DNA of 63,964 nucleotides, counting the filler, from an uncultured bacterium (GTDB lineage: Bacteria; Auribacterota; CAZIXI01), in assembly GCA_964543115.1 (NCBI GenBank). It is 10 parts of 10 records of this genome, joined end to end, with 100 filler letters (N's around TTAATTAATTAA, not from the genome) between each part and the next. Parts side by side here need not be neighbours in the genome. Positions count along the whole stretch, not along the records: positions 32,438 to 38,724 come from CAZIXI010000204.1; positions 38,825 to 45,079 come from CAZIXI010000205.1; positions 45,180 to 51,414 come from CAZIXI010000206.1; 7 more parts are not named here. One strand, written 5' to 3'. The stretch's first letter is position 1. The number at the start of each line of letters is the position of its first letter. Made by a program: the position numbers and the translations under genes. The notes under the pieces were generated by a model. That model had not been told where the DNA came from, did no database searches, and was given only the letters and a program-made list of their open reading frames with translations. Below, piece after piece: positions 37,034 to 49,692 of the stretch.

Positions 37034-38328
37034 AAACTGTTGGTTCCTTTTTGTTTTCTTTTTCTCTTGGCGGAGATTTCCGGGGCTTCTTTGATGCAGG
37101 TGCCCAGTATTTTCAGGGCCTTACGGATCTGCTTATCTGTTTCCCGCGGTAATTTTCCCGGGGCTTCACCAAGATTGTCCCAGCCTCTTTTCTGCAAATC
37201 TTCCGGCGGAATGGTTAGTTTTTCCCAGTTATGGAACAGGCGGCCCCAACCGGATTGCAGGATTTTATCTACCCGCTGGCGGTGGCTGGGATACCAGTAA
37301 AAATCATGGAAGAGCACGCTGCTGATATAAGACCAGGGGGCGAGCAGTGTTTTCAGGCTCCATTCAATGGGCTTCTTTAACGGGCCCCAGTAGATCATAT
37401 GCTGGCTCTTACTGGCAAAGGTCATTTTCTGGAAAGGGCCGACAAAGTTCCAGTTTTCTCCGGCCGCTTCCTGGTCGCCCACTATTTCAATTTCCCGCGG
37501 ATCACCGCAGCCCAGGCCCAGTTCGTGGGCCAGGCGGACAAATTTAATATCCCGCAGTGGACGGAAGCCCATCAGTTTAGCGGCCACTGCGTCAATGGCT
37601 ACCTGATCGGCGGAGGCCAAGAGAATGTTTTTATTGTAGGGGATCATGCAGCGGGGGCCGGGGCCGTCGCCGGCAAAGGTGCCGTCCATAACGGCAAATA
37701 CTCCCCGGTGAATTTTTTTCTGGATCATTAACAGGTCCACCAGTGTCTCGTGGATCACCGGGTGGGTCCAGTGACGGTGTTCGTTTAACAGGCCGCCGAA
37801 GGCGTTTTTCATCGCGCCGGTGGTGGTGGTAAAGATATGGGTTTTTACCGTGGGCAGGTGGATAATGTTTTCCCCGATAAATCTTTTGGGGATCATGAAT
37901 CCTTTAGGGTAAACCTCATTCAGGCATAAGAACTTTTTCGTTAGGTCGCCCACAGCCTCTTTAATATTTATCCATTCTTCTCCTTCGTAGAGATGGACGT
38001 TGCGCAGGTTATGGGCCCGGATAACATCGAGCTGTTTATTTTCCCTTTCACCCAGGTGGGCGTCAATGACCACGGTACGGTTATGGCAGCCGTGGATCAG
38101 GTCCGGCTGGTAACCGTCGCGTTTCAGGGCCCGGATCACCCCTTCCAGCTGCCAGGGGGTGGTGGAACTGCCTGGATAGAAGAAATGCCAGCTGATGTTT
38201 ATCTTTAAGGCGGTATCAGCATCCTTGGGCAGAGTATCCTGGTAACCGGCCAGGTTCAGCAGGCGATGGTAATCTTCCAGCACGGTGGCCGGAGAAGTTT
38301 TGAGAACAGCTACTTTTGTTTTGGGCAT
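37030..38328 (-). CDS. DUF362 family Fe-S-associated protein
   Basis: ALKINIS, LPTVKTH..TTGAMKNAFG, VMDGT.AGDGPGP, ASADQVAIDA. Confidence 0.85.
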   Translation of the reverse strand: MPKTKVAVLKTSPATVLEDYHRLLNLAGYQDTLPKDADTALKINISWHFFYPGSSTTPWQLEGVIRALKRDGYQPDLIHGCHNRTVVIDAHLGERENKQLDVIRAHNLRNVHLYEGEEWINIKEAVGDLTKKFLCLNEVYPKGFMIPKRFIGENIIHLPTVKTHIFTTTTGAMKNAFGGLLNEHRHWTHPVIHETLVDLLMIQKKIHRGVFAVMDGTFAGDGPGPRCMIPYNKNILLASADQVAIDAVAAKLMGFRPLRDIKFVRLAHELGLGCGDPREIEIVGDQEAAGENWNFVGPFQKMTFASKSQHMIYWGPLKKPIEWSLKTLLAPWSYISSVLFHDFYWYPSHRQRVDKILQSGWGRLFHNWEKLTIPPEDLQKRGWDNLGEAPGKLPRETDKQIRKALKILGTCIKEAPEISAKRKRKQKGTNSF

Positions 38329-38408
38329 TTGTTGCTCCTTTGATTAATTTGTTGTATTATATATGATTCACGGTAAGATAACCATTATTTTTTTTCACGC
38401 TTGAGGTC

Positions 38409-38724
38409 TTGATTTTGCAGCTTAATAATCCAGTTAAAAGCAGGGTTTTCTTTTACAGTTTTTTTATTGCCATTGTTTTGCGGGTGGTTCATTTGTTAAC
38501 GCCCACCATGAGCAGTGACCACGCCATTATTGGGCTTGGTGGTATGCATATTACCCAGGGAAATTTCCCCATGTTTTTCTATGGCGGGCATTTTGAATTT
38601 GCCATTGAAAGCTATCTGGCAGCACCGCTTTTCCTGATTTTTGGGCCAAGCAGATTGGTTCTTTGTAGCGTACCGGCGCTCATGTCTTTATTATGGATAT
38701 ATGTAATTTATCGCCTGGCACTGA
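38409..38724 (+). CDS. GT-C/ArnT-like membrane glycosyltransferase, 3'-truncated
   Basis: SDHAIIGL..HITQGNFPMFFYG..ESYLAAPLF. Confidence 0.65.
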
Positions 38725-38824
38725 NNNNNNNNNNNNNNNNNNNNNNNNNNNNNNNNNNNNNNNNNNNNTTAATTAATTAANNNNNNNNNNNNNNNNNNNN
38801 NNNNNNNNNNNNNNNNNNNNNNNN

Positions 38825-41800
38825 CATGCTTTCCAGCTGTTGACCCACTAAGGCAAGCAGCGGCAAACTAACTGAATGAGCGATCCCGGGCTCTTCTTCA
38901 TTATCGATACTTAATCCCCCCGTGAGTTCTTCTAGGTGGTCGTTTATGATCAACACATCCCTGGCCGTTTCTTCCCCGTTTTTGTCAAATCTTGCCCGTA
39001 CGGTTTTTGCTCTATCCGGCACCAGCGGCTCCACCATCCTCACTATTTCCTCTGATTCCCCGCTCTCGCTATACTCTATATTTAACCAGCGCATTACTAC
39101 TTCGCCGGTCCTGTAATCAACCGCGTAAAGCGGAGAAGCATAAGGAACCGACGTATCATAAACCACAAACACCTCATCACCTTCTTCAAATACCGGATCC
39201 AGATTCGCCAGAAACATCTTAACCGTTCTAAACCGGCGGGCAAGCAGTTGTCCCTTGGCATTGTAATATACGGTGCGCTGAATATCATGCGGACTTAATT
39301 TAAAGACATATTTACGGATACCTTCAGCATCTTCGCCTAAATTATCCCGGAAAAATCTTGCTTCCTCCTCTTCTATGGTTTCTTCATAATATTTATGTTC
39401 TGTAACACCACGGATGGGATCCAACAGCATACTGCTGGCAATAATACCAAACGGCGCGGCAATGTCTGTCTCCCACCAGATACTGATCTCTTTTCTACCG
39501 GTATCAGCATTTTCGCGCAGCAGATAGTTGCCCATCGGGTCGTTGGGAATTAGATAATGGTAATAAACACTTCCCTCGGTTTCGGAGAATTGTACCCCGT
39601 TTTTACTGTCACCAATCCGGTGATATTTAACTTCTTTAACACGCGGGATCAGTGTATCCTTATATATTCCCAATCTCGCCAGCGGCTCCCAGATATCCTG
39701 CTGGTATTTCTCTTGATAGGCCCTTTCAATATCCGGCGTAATCACCTTGTGTGCCGGCATAGCTTCTTCTTTACTGAATTCCGACATAATGCCGGCAACC
39801 GGCAGATCGGCAAATGCATAAATGTAGCTCTTTACCAGATCGCGGCCCTGCCATTTTACGCCCACGGTCATGGTACGGTCACTGTTCAATCTGAATACCA
39901 CACGAATTCCCAGCGGATGGCCGATGATGCGATAATCCGTGTAGTTGTACCCCCAAATAGTTTCAACCACTGTTTCCTGCATCTTCGTTTTTCCGGGATT
40001 GATACCCGCTCTTTTTAACTCCGCAATAACATCTGGCGGCAACTTACTAAAGGGCACAATTTCATCCGCCAGCATCATCTCCCGGTTAGTGGCCCTGGTT
40101 ACCCATAAATCCTGCCATTCTGCCTGCGCTTCCAGAGAAAAGGTCTTTCCCTGCAGCGCCAAATATCTGGTACTGTAGAGCCTTACTTCTTCTACCAGCC
40201 AGGGTTCCTGTTCATTATATTCATATATTGCTATCCATTCGCCGTCAGCCGCCCAATTATTAGTCAGCGGATCCCATTTTGCCGATCTTTCCATCTTCAC
40301 ATTACCCAGCGGATCATCCGGACTGTAATAATCGTAATAAGGTGCGGCACCGGGTTCGTTAGTGGTATTTTCCATTTCAATCATGCCGTTGATAATGCGC
40401 CCGGTTCTCTGTGAATAAAGGATCGGCTGATAACTGTCGTCTTCCTGCCGTTCATACATCACACTGGCCGTAGGCACCGCCCCGTCATAGCCCGTACCAA
40501 TCACAATATGACCGGTATGAAATATCTTTATATAGGAACGCCCGTCGGGATCGCCCTTCAGCCTCAGGGTCTGGATAGCAGATTGCAGTTGCGGCAGACA
40601 ATCAGTGTTAACCGCCAACTGTGTTCTTAACATTTCTTTATCCAAACCTATTCTCTGCAAATAGCCATTGATTTCCGCTTGAGAATTCTGCCACAGGGCC
40701 TGAATCCCGTTTATATCGTTAACGGGTATTTCTTCCGCGAATTCTAGTTCCGCCTGAATCCTGCCCCAAAGATCCACCAATTCCACATCATTCAAAACAA
40801 TAAAAGGCACGCACCACTCCGGCACACCGATAGCAACTAGATTCTCCGTGACCGCCGCCGGCACACCTAAATCCGGCATGGTTCTGGTTATGATTTCTTC
40901 CATCTGCTCCATTTCCACGCCAAACGTATCCAGTTGATCCTTGGACTCCAGCCACAAATTATCTAGATCCATTTCCATCAATATTTCTCTGATTTTTTCT
41001 ATATAATATTCAGTAAAAAACGTAAACTCAACCGTTGCCGGATCTATTCCCAGCTGCCGCAATTGCTCCGCCATTTCCCCGCGCTGAAAAACCTCTTCGC
41101 TAATCCCCAGGTCCGCTAAGATCTTCCTGCTCTGGCCGTCGGCAAATATATTGGCAAAACCTCCGTCACCAGCCGTCAACCCCGCACGCGCCGCCAATCC
41201 GCGTAGTAAATCAATTTTATTATCCTTAACCCAGCCGTCTTGTTCATACATTAAATAACAGTCCCTAATCTTGTTAGTGCCCGCATGCTCGTATTCATAT
41301 ACCGCCAGCCATTTTTCATCCGCACTTAACTCAAATTGTTTCTTCCCTAAGGGGCCGGCGTTCGGCAGGTAAAGCTCAATTGATTGCGATCCCAATTCTA
41401 CCGGCCTACCGCTTTCGTTTCGTCCGCCGGTAATCTGGGTGCGCCGCACAACTTCATACTTTTTGCCGGCAATTTCGAGCAAACGGCTGGGAACCAATTC
41501 CAAATGAACCGTTTTCTGGAATTCTTCATTCAGGCGGATTACCTCAATGGGTGTATTGCGGTCATAACGCAGGGGGATATCCGTCTGTCCGCTTATATAT
41601 TTGATTGCCCGCGGCCTTCTTAAAGGATCACCTCGCAAATAATATTCCCATTTACTGCTGCCGTCTGCTTCTGTTATCCGCGCCTTAATCAGTAAAGTAT
41701 TTTCCGTAAAGCCAAGTTTGGGGATCAAATCATACGGATAATAAGGCAATTGATTAAAGGGTATTTCCTGGCCGGCCCACACCAATCCCTCTATCTCAAC

Positions 41801-44800
41801 CCGTCGCGAACTTGTGTTTCTGTCAATGTCTCCAGCTGTTGAAATTCCACCGTTATAAATTTCAATCTCAATTAGCCTTCCGTAAATGTCCCGCTTGTAT
41901 TCAGTGGTCCATTCTTCGCCCTCCTCATCAGTTTGCTGCTCATATAAAAGCCAGCCCTCTTCCAGATCATAATATCGGTAAACTACCGTAACCTTACCAG
42001 CCAGGGAATACTGCTCCACCCGTGCTCTCTTAACCGCTGATCCTTCAACAACAGTTTCTTCCCCGGCTTTGGAAGATTCTATTTTTCTGCCGGCGGCATT
42101 ATACATTACCGTGTTGGTGGCATTATCCCGCATATCAAATGCCGTGTTATAAGCAACATCACCAGTATGAAATTTCCTTATCATTTCCCGGTTGGGATTT
42201 TCATAGGACCGGTAACTGATATAGGCAATGTGCTCGGTATGATTAATCGTTTCACCAGCCACCAGGAACCTGGGGCCACGATAATGCGGAAATTTTTCTC
42301 GCCAGTTGGCATCCCGGGTATCAATAATGCCCTTAACCTCCGTTGTTTCTACCAGAATCTTTTGCTGTGCATGAAATATCCATTTATTTACCTTGAGTAA
42401 TTTTCCCGTGAATTCCTCCCGCACATATTCGGTCCAATACCAATTGTGATTCTCATACAATAACTGACCATCAGTATTGTGCCACCTGGTAAGCATCTGC
42501 TGCCGCCCGCCTGCTTCCTTAGTGGCAGCAAGCGTGCTTTTATTTTTGTCCAGGAACCTTGTTGTTTTAACCCTGATCAGATCTTCTTCAACACCAAAGA
42601 AATCAACCAATGACTCATCCCTTTCTTCTCGCAGCTCGCTAGTTACCATTACTGCTTCTGCCTCTCCCAGAACAACGGATCCGGCTCCAGTCTTACCATA
42701 CTCCACGCTATGCCGGGAAAAATCTGTTCCCGGAATAAAATCACTAAACAGGCTCCAGCGCTGCCATTCAGCGCTAAACGTATAAATCCCCCGGCCATGA
42801 CGGAACCTTCTGATGCTCTGTCCGCCATTAATCACATCATCTTCAATTACCTGAGCATAGCCGGCTGTGGTTTGTCCGCTATGAATATGTTTTAAAACTA
42901 TTTCCTTTTCACCTGCGAATCTCACCACTATCCCCGCTTTAATACTATCATCCACTCCCGGTATGGCTTCAAATACGTACATCCTCTCTCCAGTCAAAGC
43001 TTCACCAGCTGCCAGTTCTTCTGCCGGCTTATCCAGTTTTTCTGTCATGATGATCTGTCCGGTTACACTGTCACGATACTCGATAAAACTTTTGCCGCGA
43101 AAATGATCAGTGACCAGGTGCTTGGTACATCTAAATACCTCTGTTGAGAATACCCGTCCGCTAATAGAGGTATAGTCAGGCACAGTTACCTCAACTATCA
43201 AGGGCAGCTGCCGGCCGTTTATTTCCATTAGTGATTCCTTTCTTACAACAAACTCATTTTTCTCCTTAACGTAGATACCGGTTACTGAACTCTGGGCGAT
43301 AGCCGTATCGGCAATGAAATCGCCATAAATTGTGTAAAGATATCCTTCCGGCAGCAGCTTTATTTCCACAATCCGTNNNNNNNNNNCCTGGTTGCAGAAT
43401 TCCACGCTGATCTCTCGGGTATTCTGGTTGACCAGGATCTGACACTCAAGCTCTGCGGAAATAGCGTATTTCTCTCTGATAACAGCTGGTATTTCAAATT
43501 CCACCATCTGGCTCATTACCTGCCTGGCCTGTCTTTGTAAATCAGTCTCTAATTCAACCTCCAGCATGTTATTAATTCTCTCCAATGCCCGTTCACCAGA
43601 TTGCTGGGCAAAACGAAAAACCGGTAAGGCCCCTTCTTCAGAAATAACGGTTAATTCCGGCTGGTAGGTGTAAGCACCCGGGTATTCTTCCGGATAATAA
43701 ACAAGGATTGTTTTACCCCGCCTTAATTCTCCCAGTGTGCGGCCCAGACGGTTGGGAATAATTGTTCTGGCCCACTCCGCTCCGCTAATCGGAGAACGTA
43801 CTTCCAGCTGTCCTTCTCCGGTTAAGCGGTAGTCATGGATCGGCACACCATCACGGTTATATTCCCTCAGCGTACTGGTAAGGTCCACACCGGCGCGTAC
43901 AGATTTTTTGCCTGGTTCCCATTCACCGTCCTCATCTTCATCAAGCATATGCTGCGTTACCATCGCCCGGCCGACAATATCTCCTTCTATTTGATATTCG
44001 TATCTGATGGCTTTATTCACTCTGTCCCGCACCATTACCCTGATAAATTTGATTCCTTCTGCATATTCCGGTCCGTCCGGTGCGGGCAGCACCAAGCCGG
44101 CTGGATCATAAAGCTTGGGCTCATTATTCCTATTCAGCTCCACTGTTCTCGCTTCCAGCATATCTTTGTTATCACCGCGGTAAGTTTCACTGCCCGTCAT
44201 TCTGCCCGTACCCGGCAGATAATTGAATTTTGTCCACTCACTATTTTGCGCACAATAACGGTAGCATTCCCGCCCAATAAAGGTGTCGGTTTCATAAAAG
44301 GCATAATATTCTATTCCCGTGCTAGTTACCGGTCTTACCAGCACGCGTTTATATGTTTTTCCATCAATTAGCTGTTCTCCCTCCGCCTGCCAGTCGGCAA
44401 GCTTTATTCCGTCCCAATCAACAATCATGCCGCCGGCTATTTCATTGGCATGCCGCTCAAAACCGTAATTAATGAATACCTGGCCGTTATCCATTCGGGT
44501 AATTACGCTGCGGCCAAATGACTCGCCGGCCAGTTTATATTCCTGCCAGCTGCCCCAGGGAGAGTTAACCTGTACCGTGGTTACCGGAATATAGTATGCT
44601 TTCGGTGAATCAGGAAAATATTCCCGCATATGTTCCAGTTTCTCTAAAAGCTCTTCTTTCACCTCCGGCTGCAGTTTGAGATCATCCAGCACACCGCCGA
44701 TACTTCTCGTCTCATATTCACCTTCAGCGGTTAATTCCAGCTGGGATTTTACGGACGGTCTGCCCTGATAGCTCACCGTTACCTCGGCAATATTGTAGGA

Positions 44801-45079
44801 AAAATCTGATGTGTAACGGTAGTCTGCCGACCAACTGCGGCTACTGTTTTCCACAAACATTCTTCTGGAAATCGCCTCCGGCTCGCACCACCAGTACTCT
44901 ACTAGTTCACCGGTACTGCCGTTATCATTCATTTTATTAACCGCTACTTCCACTAATTCTATTCCATTTATTATGTCCTTTTCTCCCGTGGCCCGCAGAC
45001 GGCATATTTCCCTTCCACCTCTGCTGTACATCATGGCATCAACAGCGTAAAATTCCCCGACGGCAAATTCTGCGTTAAG
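38825..45079 (-). CDS. Internal fragment of a giant protein (>2085 aa), open at both contig ends
   Basis: No stop over 6255 bp apart from a 10-N gap at 43377-43386; E/Y/G-rich beta-type segments, some YD/Rhs-like. Confidence 0.88.
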
Positions 45080-45179
45080 NNNNNNNNNNNNNNNNNNNNN
45101 NNNNNNNNNNNNNNNNNNNNNNNTTAATTAATTAANNNNNNNNNNNNNNNNNNNNNNNNNNNNNNNNNNNNNNNNNNNN

Positions 45180-45373
45180 CTCTTGATCATCTCGCCTTTA
45201 TAACCCAAGCAAAGAATAAAGTCTTTAAATCCATAATGGGCGTAGATCTTCATAATATGCCATAGAGTGGGTTTTCCGCCAATCTCAATCATGGGTTTAG
45301 GACGAAATTCTGTTTCCTCGCGAAGACGCGTACCTAAACCGCCACATAATATAACGACTTTGATATTTTTCAT
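45180..45373 (-). CDS. rfbF: Glucose-1-phosphate cytidylyltransferase, 3'-truncated
   Basis: [47 protein letters not shown]. Confidence 0.9.
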
Positions 45374-45404
45374 GTTTCAGTCTCCTGTTTTAATCTTTCC
45401 GCCT

Positions 45405-45986
45405 TTAAAGTAATTTTGAGACATAGATACATCCTTCCCTATTAACAAATTTGATCTTATTATTTCTCACTAATTCATCCACTGCTTTTTTGACTCCAGG
45501 CGCGTCTCTATAGTCATGAAAACAAATAAAACTGCCTTTTCTGACCAGGGGTATCCAATTTAGAATATCCCTTCTAATGCCTTCGTAGGAATGATCTCCA
45601 TCTACCCACAGAAAATCTATCTTTCTCTGCGTGGGCCACTCCTTGATCACTTCATGCGAAAATCCCCGCAATATACTAAGCCTGTCTTTATATTCTTTTG
45701 TATTTTGCAGAAATTCATTAAATATTTCGTCTCCTTTTTCCTGCATAAGCCCGTCCTTCCACGGATCAATGCAAAAAAAGCGGATATTTCTGGAACCTAT
45801 CCCTTCTGCTATAAAACAAGTAGACTTGCCTTTAAAACTTCCGATTTCCACGATTACAGAATTCTCTTTTAACGATCTAGCGATTTTAAATAGCAGAGAC
45901 CCCTCGTTCAGCCCAAGATGACCACTTACCCTGTCTAACTCTTTTAATTTTCTAATATAGAATATCGAAGGAATTTTAATAGCCAT
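45405..45986 (-). CDS. Class I SAM methyltransferase (Methyltransf_24-like)
   Basis: VEIGSFKGKST, IDPW, LWVDGDHSYEG, FHDY. Confidence 0.9.
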   Translation of the reverse strand: MAIKIPSIFYIRKLKELDRVSGHLGLNEGSLLFKIARSLKENSVIVEIGSFKGKSTCFIAEGIGSRNIRFFCIDPWKDGLMQEKGDEIFNEFLQNTKEYKDRLSILRGFSHEVIKEWPTQRKIDFLWVDGDHSYEGIRRDILNWIPLVRKGSFICFHDYRDAPGVKKAVDELVRNNKIKFVNREGCIYVSKLL

Positions 45987-46998
45987 ACACCACTTTTGCT
46001 TTGTGAAAAAATCCGATCCTTTCTAATGTCTTTCCATAATTTTCGTCATCCACGTATATCTTATCAAACTTTTTTTTGCGCTTAAGTATTCTCCATAAAC
46101 TGACCGGGCCAAAGAAACTCCTCGACAGATTATAGACGTGTATATTGGAATGACTTTCTATTCCCTGTGTATTTCTGTCTTTTAAAAAAATCCAGACAAT
46201 GTTGCCTTCACGGGCTAATTCCAGAGATTTTTTATGCACTCCTTCTGTTAGTCTGGAATTTTCTTTGCTTAAGATGTAAAGAATTCGCTCTTGCCTGCCC
46301 CATTTAGAATAAAATATCTCCCGATTCCTGTCAAAATCCCGGTTAAACCTCTTAAACCTCACGAATGAACGTCGTTCCCTATGATATACATAAGATGCTG
46401 TGGCACACACACAGGAATAACCGAGTTTTTGCGCCCTTTTGCTAAAATCAGCATCCTCAAAATTCCCCATCCCGTATATCTCGTCAAAAAGCCCTATCTT
46501 GTCGATGACCTCCCGTTTGATCAGCATGCAGAACCCTGTAGCCCACGCCAGCAAAGTATAATCTCCTGAAAAAGACTTTAGCTTCTCGGCAAGAATTCCT
46601 GCGCACTGGCCAAACTTTGTCTTGCAGCCCAGCGTATTGCTGTTCGCATTGACTATGCCTATATCTTTTCGTTTCCCAGCTACCTTGATCATTTCTTCAA
46701 GCCAGCCTCTTGTGACTTCCGTGTCGTTGTTTAAAAGACATACATAAGGAGCGCTTGAACGCTTTATGCCCTCATTGGTAGCCTTGATAAATCCAAGATT
46801 TCTATCATTCCTGATCAAGGTGACCGCGTCTTTTTTATCTCGCGCAAGTTTATCCAGATAATCCCTGGCAGGCTGACCGCTTCCGTTATCAATGATAATC
46901 AGATGAAACGCACTAGATGTATTCCTAAAAACACTCTCTATGCATTTTTTGGTAAACTCGAGCTGGTTCCAAACAGGAATAATTATATCACATTTCAT
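45976..46998 (-). CDS. Glycosyltransferase family 2
   Basis: IIIPVWNQ, IIDNGS, NLGF, LLNNDT, GFCMLI, EDADF. Confidence 0.92.
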   Translation of the reverse strand: MKCDIIIPVWNQLEFTKKCIESVFRNTSSAFHLIIIDNGSGQPARDYLDKLARDKKDAVTLIRNDRNLGFIKATNEGIKRSSAPYVCLLNNDTEVTRGWLEEMIKVAGKRKDIGIVNANSNTLGCKTKFGQCAGILAEKLKSFSGDYTLLAWATGFCMLIKREVIDKIGLFDEIYGMGNFEDADFSKRAQKLGYSCVCATASYVYHRERRSFVRFKRFNRDFDRNREIFYSKWGRQERILYILSKENSRLTEGVHKKSLELAREGNIVWIFLKDRNTQGIESHSNIHVYNLSRSFFGPVSLWRILKRKKKFDKIYVDDENYGKTLERIGFFHKAKVVYGY

Positions 46999-48500
46999 AT
47001 TTTCTTATATACTACTACTCTATTCGGCCATCCTGCCACGGTCTTAAACTTATGATACCCTGGGTCCGGACGATTTTCCCACATTATATCAGGGTAATCT
47101 AACTCTATTTTTTGATACTCTGATTCTATGCGCCTACGATAACGAGCACTTAGATTCTTAAACGAGATCCAGTCATTCCTTACTATTATCCACTCAGGGA
47201 AAGTCTCAGCCGTAAAATTTTCATTGTCCACTTTAATATCCGTATAAAACATAACGGCATAATCTCCCATGATCAATTTAACTGTATCGCCCGGCTTGGC
47301 ATTCTTATTAAGAAACTTCACGATACCTTCAGTTGGGCCGTCATAATCATGAGTCAGCTCATAAGCGATATCCACAAGCGGTATCCATAATCTCTTCACA
47401 AAAGGACTACCTGTGTGAAACGAGTTCGTAAAACATACTATAATAAAAATTGAACCGGCAGCTATTATGTTCAGTTTCAACCACCCGGCTATTAAAAGAC
47501 CCATAAGAACGCAGGATAAAGGTAATAGGTGTATAATATATCTTAGCTGTCTTTCCTCTGCTAAAAGTAAAAAACCAATGGTGAAAATAAACATAAACGC
47601 TAAAAGCCATATTCTGGATCTATCCAGCGGCTTACCCAGCACAGGAAAAACCTTTTTCCTGAAAAAAGAGAACACGGCCAGACTTAAAAATAAAAACCCG
47701 AGAGGAAACAAGTATTTATTTAATACGCGGACATAAAATTCCAGGTGGCCTTTTGTGCGCAAGAATGTCATTGCCCCACTACACTCCAGGTTGACAAAAT
47801 AAAGCCAGAAAGGCACAGTAAATATGGCAATGACCGCAAAATAGCTCAATACTTTTCTTAATTCAATATCTTTTCTGTGAAACGCAAGATAATGAAAACA
47901 CATGTCTCCTAAGACAGGGAAAAAGATTCCATATTTTGAGTGGAAGAGGAATACGCTAGCTATGATAAATCCCCATGCAGAAAATCGCTTCTTTTTTATC
48001 ATGTCCAAATACGATATCAAGATCCAGAGTGTAAAAAATACTGAAAGCGCATACCACCTGCACTGACGCATATACAGAAAGAACGGAGCAGAAAAAAGCA
48101 TGAAGACCGCGGAAAACCTGGAGACTAACCTATTCTCAAAAAGCCTCTGGCTGAGCAAATAGCATAACACTATGCTGGCCACACCAAATATTACAAAAGG
48201 CAATCGAGCAGCAAAGGTCGTTAATCCAAACAGGTAGAACGATAGCGCCGCAAGATAAAACTGAAGCCATGAAGCATATCTCCACCCTTTATCCCTGCAA
48301 GGGTCAGAGTAAATAGTCGTAACAAGATTCGTGCCGTCAAATGTCCTTGGCACCCCGAACTCAAGGGTGTTTTTAGCTAAAACAGCTGTTGTTGCCTCGT
48401 CCTGCCAGAGATAGATGTTTCCCAGATTGGTAAATAATATTACCCCTGCCAAAATACATAACATAATCAATACAATATCTTTTTTTGCTTTTCCTCTCAT
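46995..48500 (-). CDS. ArnT/PMT-like (GT39/GT83-type) membrane glycosyltransferase
   Basis: LWQDEATTA, ARLPFVIFG, RQCRWYAL; ~11 TMs. Confidence 0.85.
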   Translation of the reverse strand: MRGKAKKDIVLIMLCILAGVILFTNLGNIYLWQDEATTAVLAKNTLEFGVPRTFDGTNLVTTIYSDPCRDKGWRYASWLQFYLAALSFYLFGLTTFAARLPFVIFGVASIVLCYLLSQRLFENRLVSRFSAVFMLFSAPFFLYMRQCRWYALSVFFTLWILISYLDMIKKKRFSAWGFIIASVFLFHSKYGIFFPVLGDMCFHYLAFHRKDIELRKVLSYFAVIAIFTVPFWLYFVNLECSGAMTFLRTKGHLEFYVRVLNKYLFPLGFLFLSLAVFSFFRKKVFPVLGKPLDRSRIWLLAFMFIFTIGFLLLAEERQLRYIIHLLPLSCVLMGLLIAGWLKLNIIAAGSIFIIVCFTNSFHTGSPFVKRLWIPLVDIAYELTHDYDGPTEGIVKFLNKNAKPGDTVKLIMGDYAVMFYTDIKVDNENFTAETFPEWIIVRNDWISFKNLSARYRRRIESEYQKIELDYPDIMWENRPDPGYHKFKTVAGWPNRVVVYKKI

Positions 48501-49351
48501 ATCTTGAACCTATCCTTGACTATACCAAGCATATCGCTGAGACGTTGAGTATAAGTATGCTTAGCGACTGTAAGCCTGTAGCCGTTCTCCGCTATTTCTT
48601 GTCTTTCTTTCTTATTTTTTAGATAATACTCAATAAGTTCGAACAGATCCTCTGGCCCGTCAAATATAACAAGGTGCTTTCTGTCGATAAATCCAGCCCT
48701 TTCAGCGCTATCATCCCTTAGTCTCTTCATAAGAAGCATTGCGCCGCAGGCCATTACCTCGTAATTCCGCATGGTAAAACATTCACCGCGAATAGCAAAA
48801 CTAAAGCCTATCTTTGAAGCGCTGTATACGGGGCTAATTTCCCTGTAATCGGCTTTACCTATACAACTATTCGGATACCTCTCTCTTATTTCCTGAAGAT
48901 AGAATTTTCTTGGAATACCACCGTCATTCCCTACAAAACCTATGTCATATTTTCTTTCAATATCCAGTCTCTTGTGTACCTCCGGATCACAGCCAACATT
49001 CATCCATATCACATCCACAGGTGATATGTTTTTCAAGACCCCTATCTCTTTCAGCATGGGACAAAACACCAGATCATATGCCCCTCGCGATATATGTTTT
49101 TTTATTTTTTTAAAAGGTCCTCTTAAATGCGTATCTGACACATAATAGACTCTTGGTCTGAGCCTTTCTGGGATAAGGTAATTATAATACCCGTCATCCA
49201 CGCGAAAATAAAAATCATACTCGGGCTTTATATTATTTATATATTCTGGCGAAAAATGCACGATATCATGCCCTAAGATCTTTAAGGCGCGCTCAAAATA
49301 TATACCCATTGTATCCGGGCGTTTTTTTTCAAATATAAGCGCTATCTTCAT
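48497..49351 (-). CDS. CgeB-like glycosyltransferase (Glyco_trans_1_2)
   Basis: GCDPEVHK, DIGFVG, YSASKIGF, MRNYEVMACGA, EIAENG..HTY. Confidence 0.88.
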   Translation of the reverse strand: MKIALIFEKKRPDTMGIYFERALKILGHDIVHFSPEYINNIKPEYDFYFRVDDGYYNYLIPERLRPRVYYVSDTHLRGPFKKIKKHISRGAYDLVFCPMLKEIGVLKNISPVDVIWMNVGCDPEVHKRLDIERKYDIGFVGNDGGIPRKFYLQEIRERYPNSCIGKADYREISPVYSASKIGFSFAIRGECFTMRNYEVMACGAMLLMKRLRDDSAERAGFIDRKHLVIFDGPEDLFELIEYYLKNKKERQEIAENGYRLTVAKHTYTQRLSDMLGIVKDRFKI

Positions 49352-49692
49352 ACCTTGTCGTTGACCATTGCGAGTTCGAGCCTGGAAAAAATCCTTTTAA
49401 GCGATTTGAATCTTTTAAAGGTCTTGTCTTTACTCAGAAGGACGACCACTTTACTTCTCTGCGATAATATCAATCTGCTTAAAACATACATAAAAAGAAA
49501 CGGCGTAAAGATCTTTCCCGGAATAAACACATTATTTATTTCCCTGCGCTTTGTTATCATGTCTCTCACAGCCTTATCTGCCATACCGCGTATAAGGACT
49601 GTCGAGGAACTGCCTCTGTCAGCCAGATCCAATGATAACTGCCGAATGCTATGCCATCCTTTTTCCGAAACAAGTATATACCTTTTAGACAT
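49348..49692 (-). CDS. Hypothetical protein in glycan cluster
   Basis: 114-aa ORF overlapping both neighbours. Confidence 0.65.
   Translation of the reverse strand: MSKRYILVSEKGWHSIRQLSLDLADRGSSSTVLIRGMADKAVRDMITKRREINNVFIPGKIFTPFLFMYVLSRLILSQRSKVVVLLSKDKTFKRFKSLKRIFSRLELAMVNDKV

Noticed and set aside
32338..45079. Joining the two giant-protein fragments into one gene
   Set aside because: They are on separate contigs with no overlap; adjacency is a sorting artefact.
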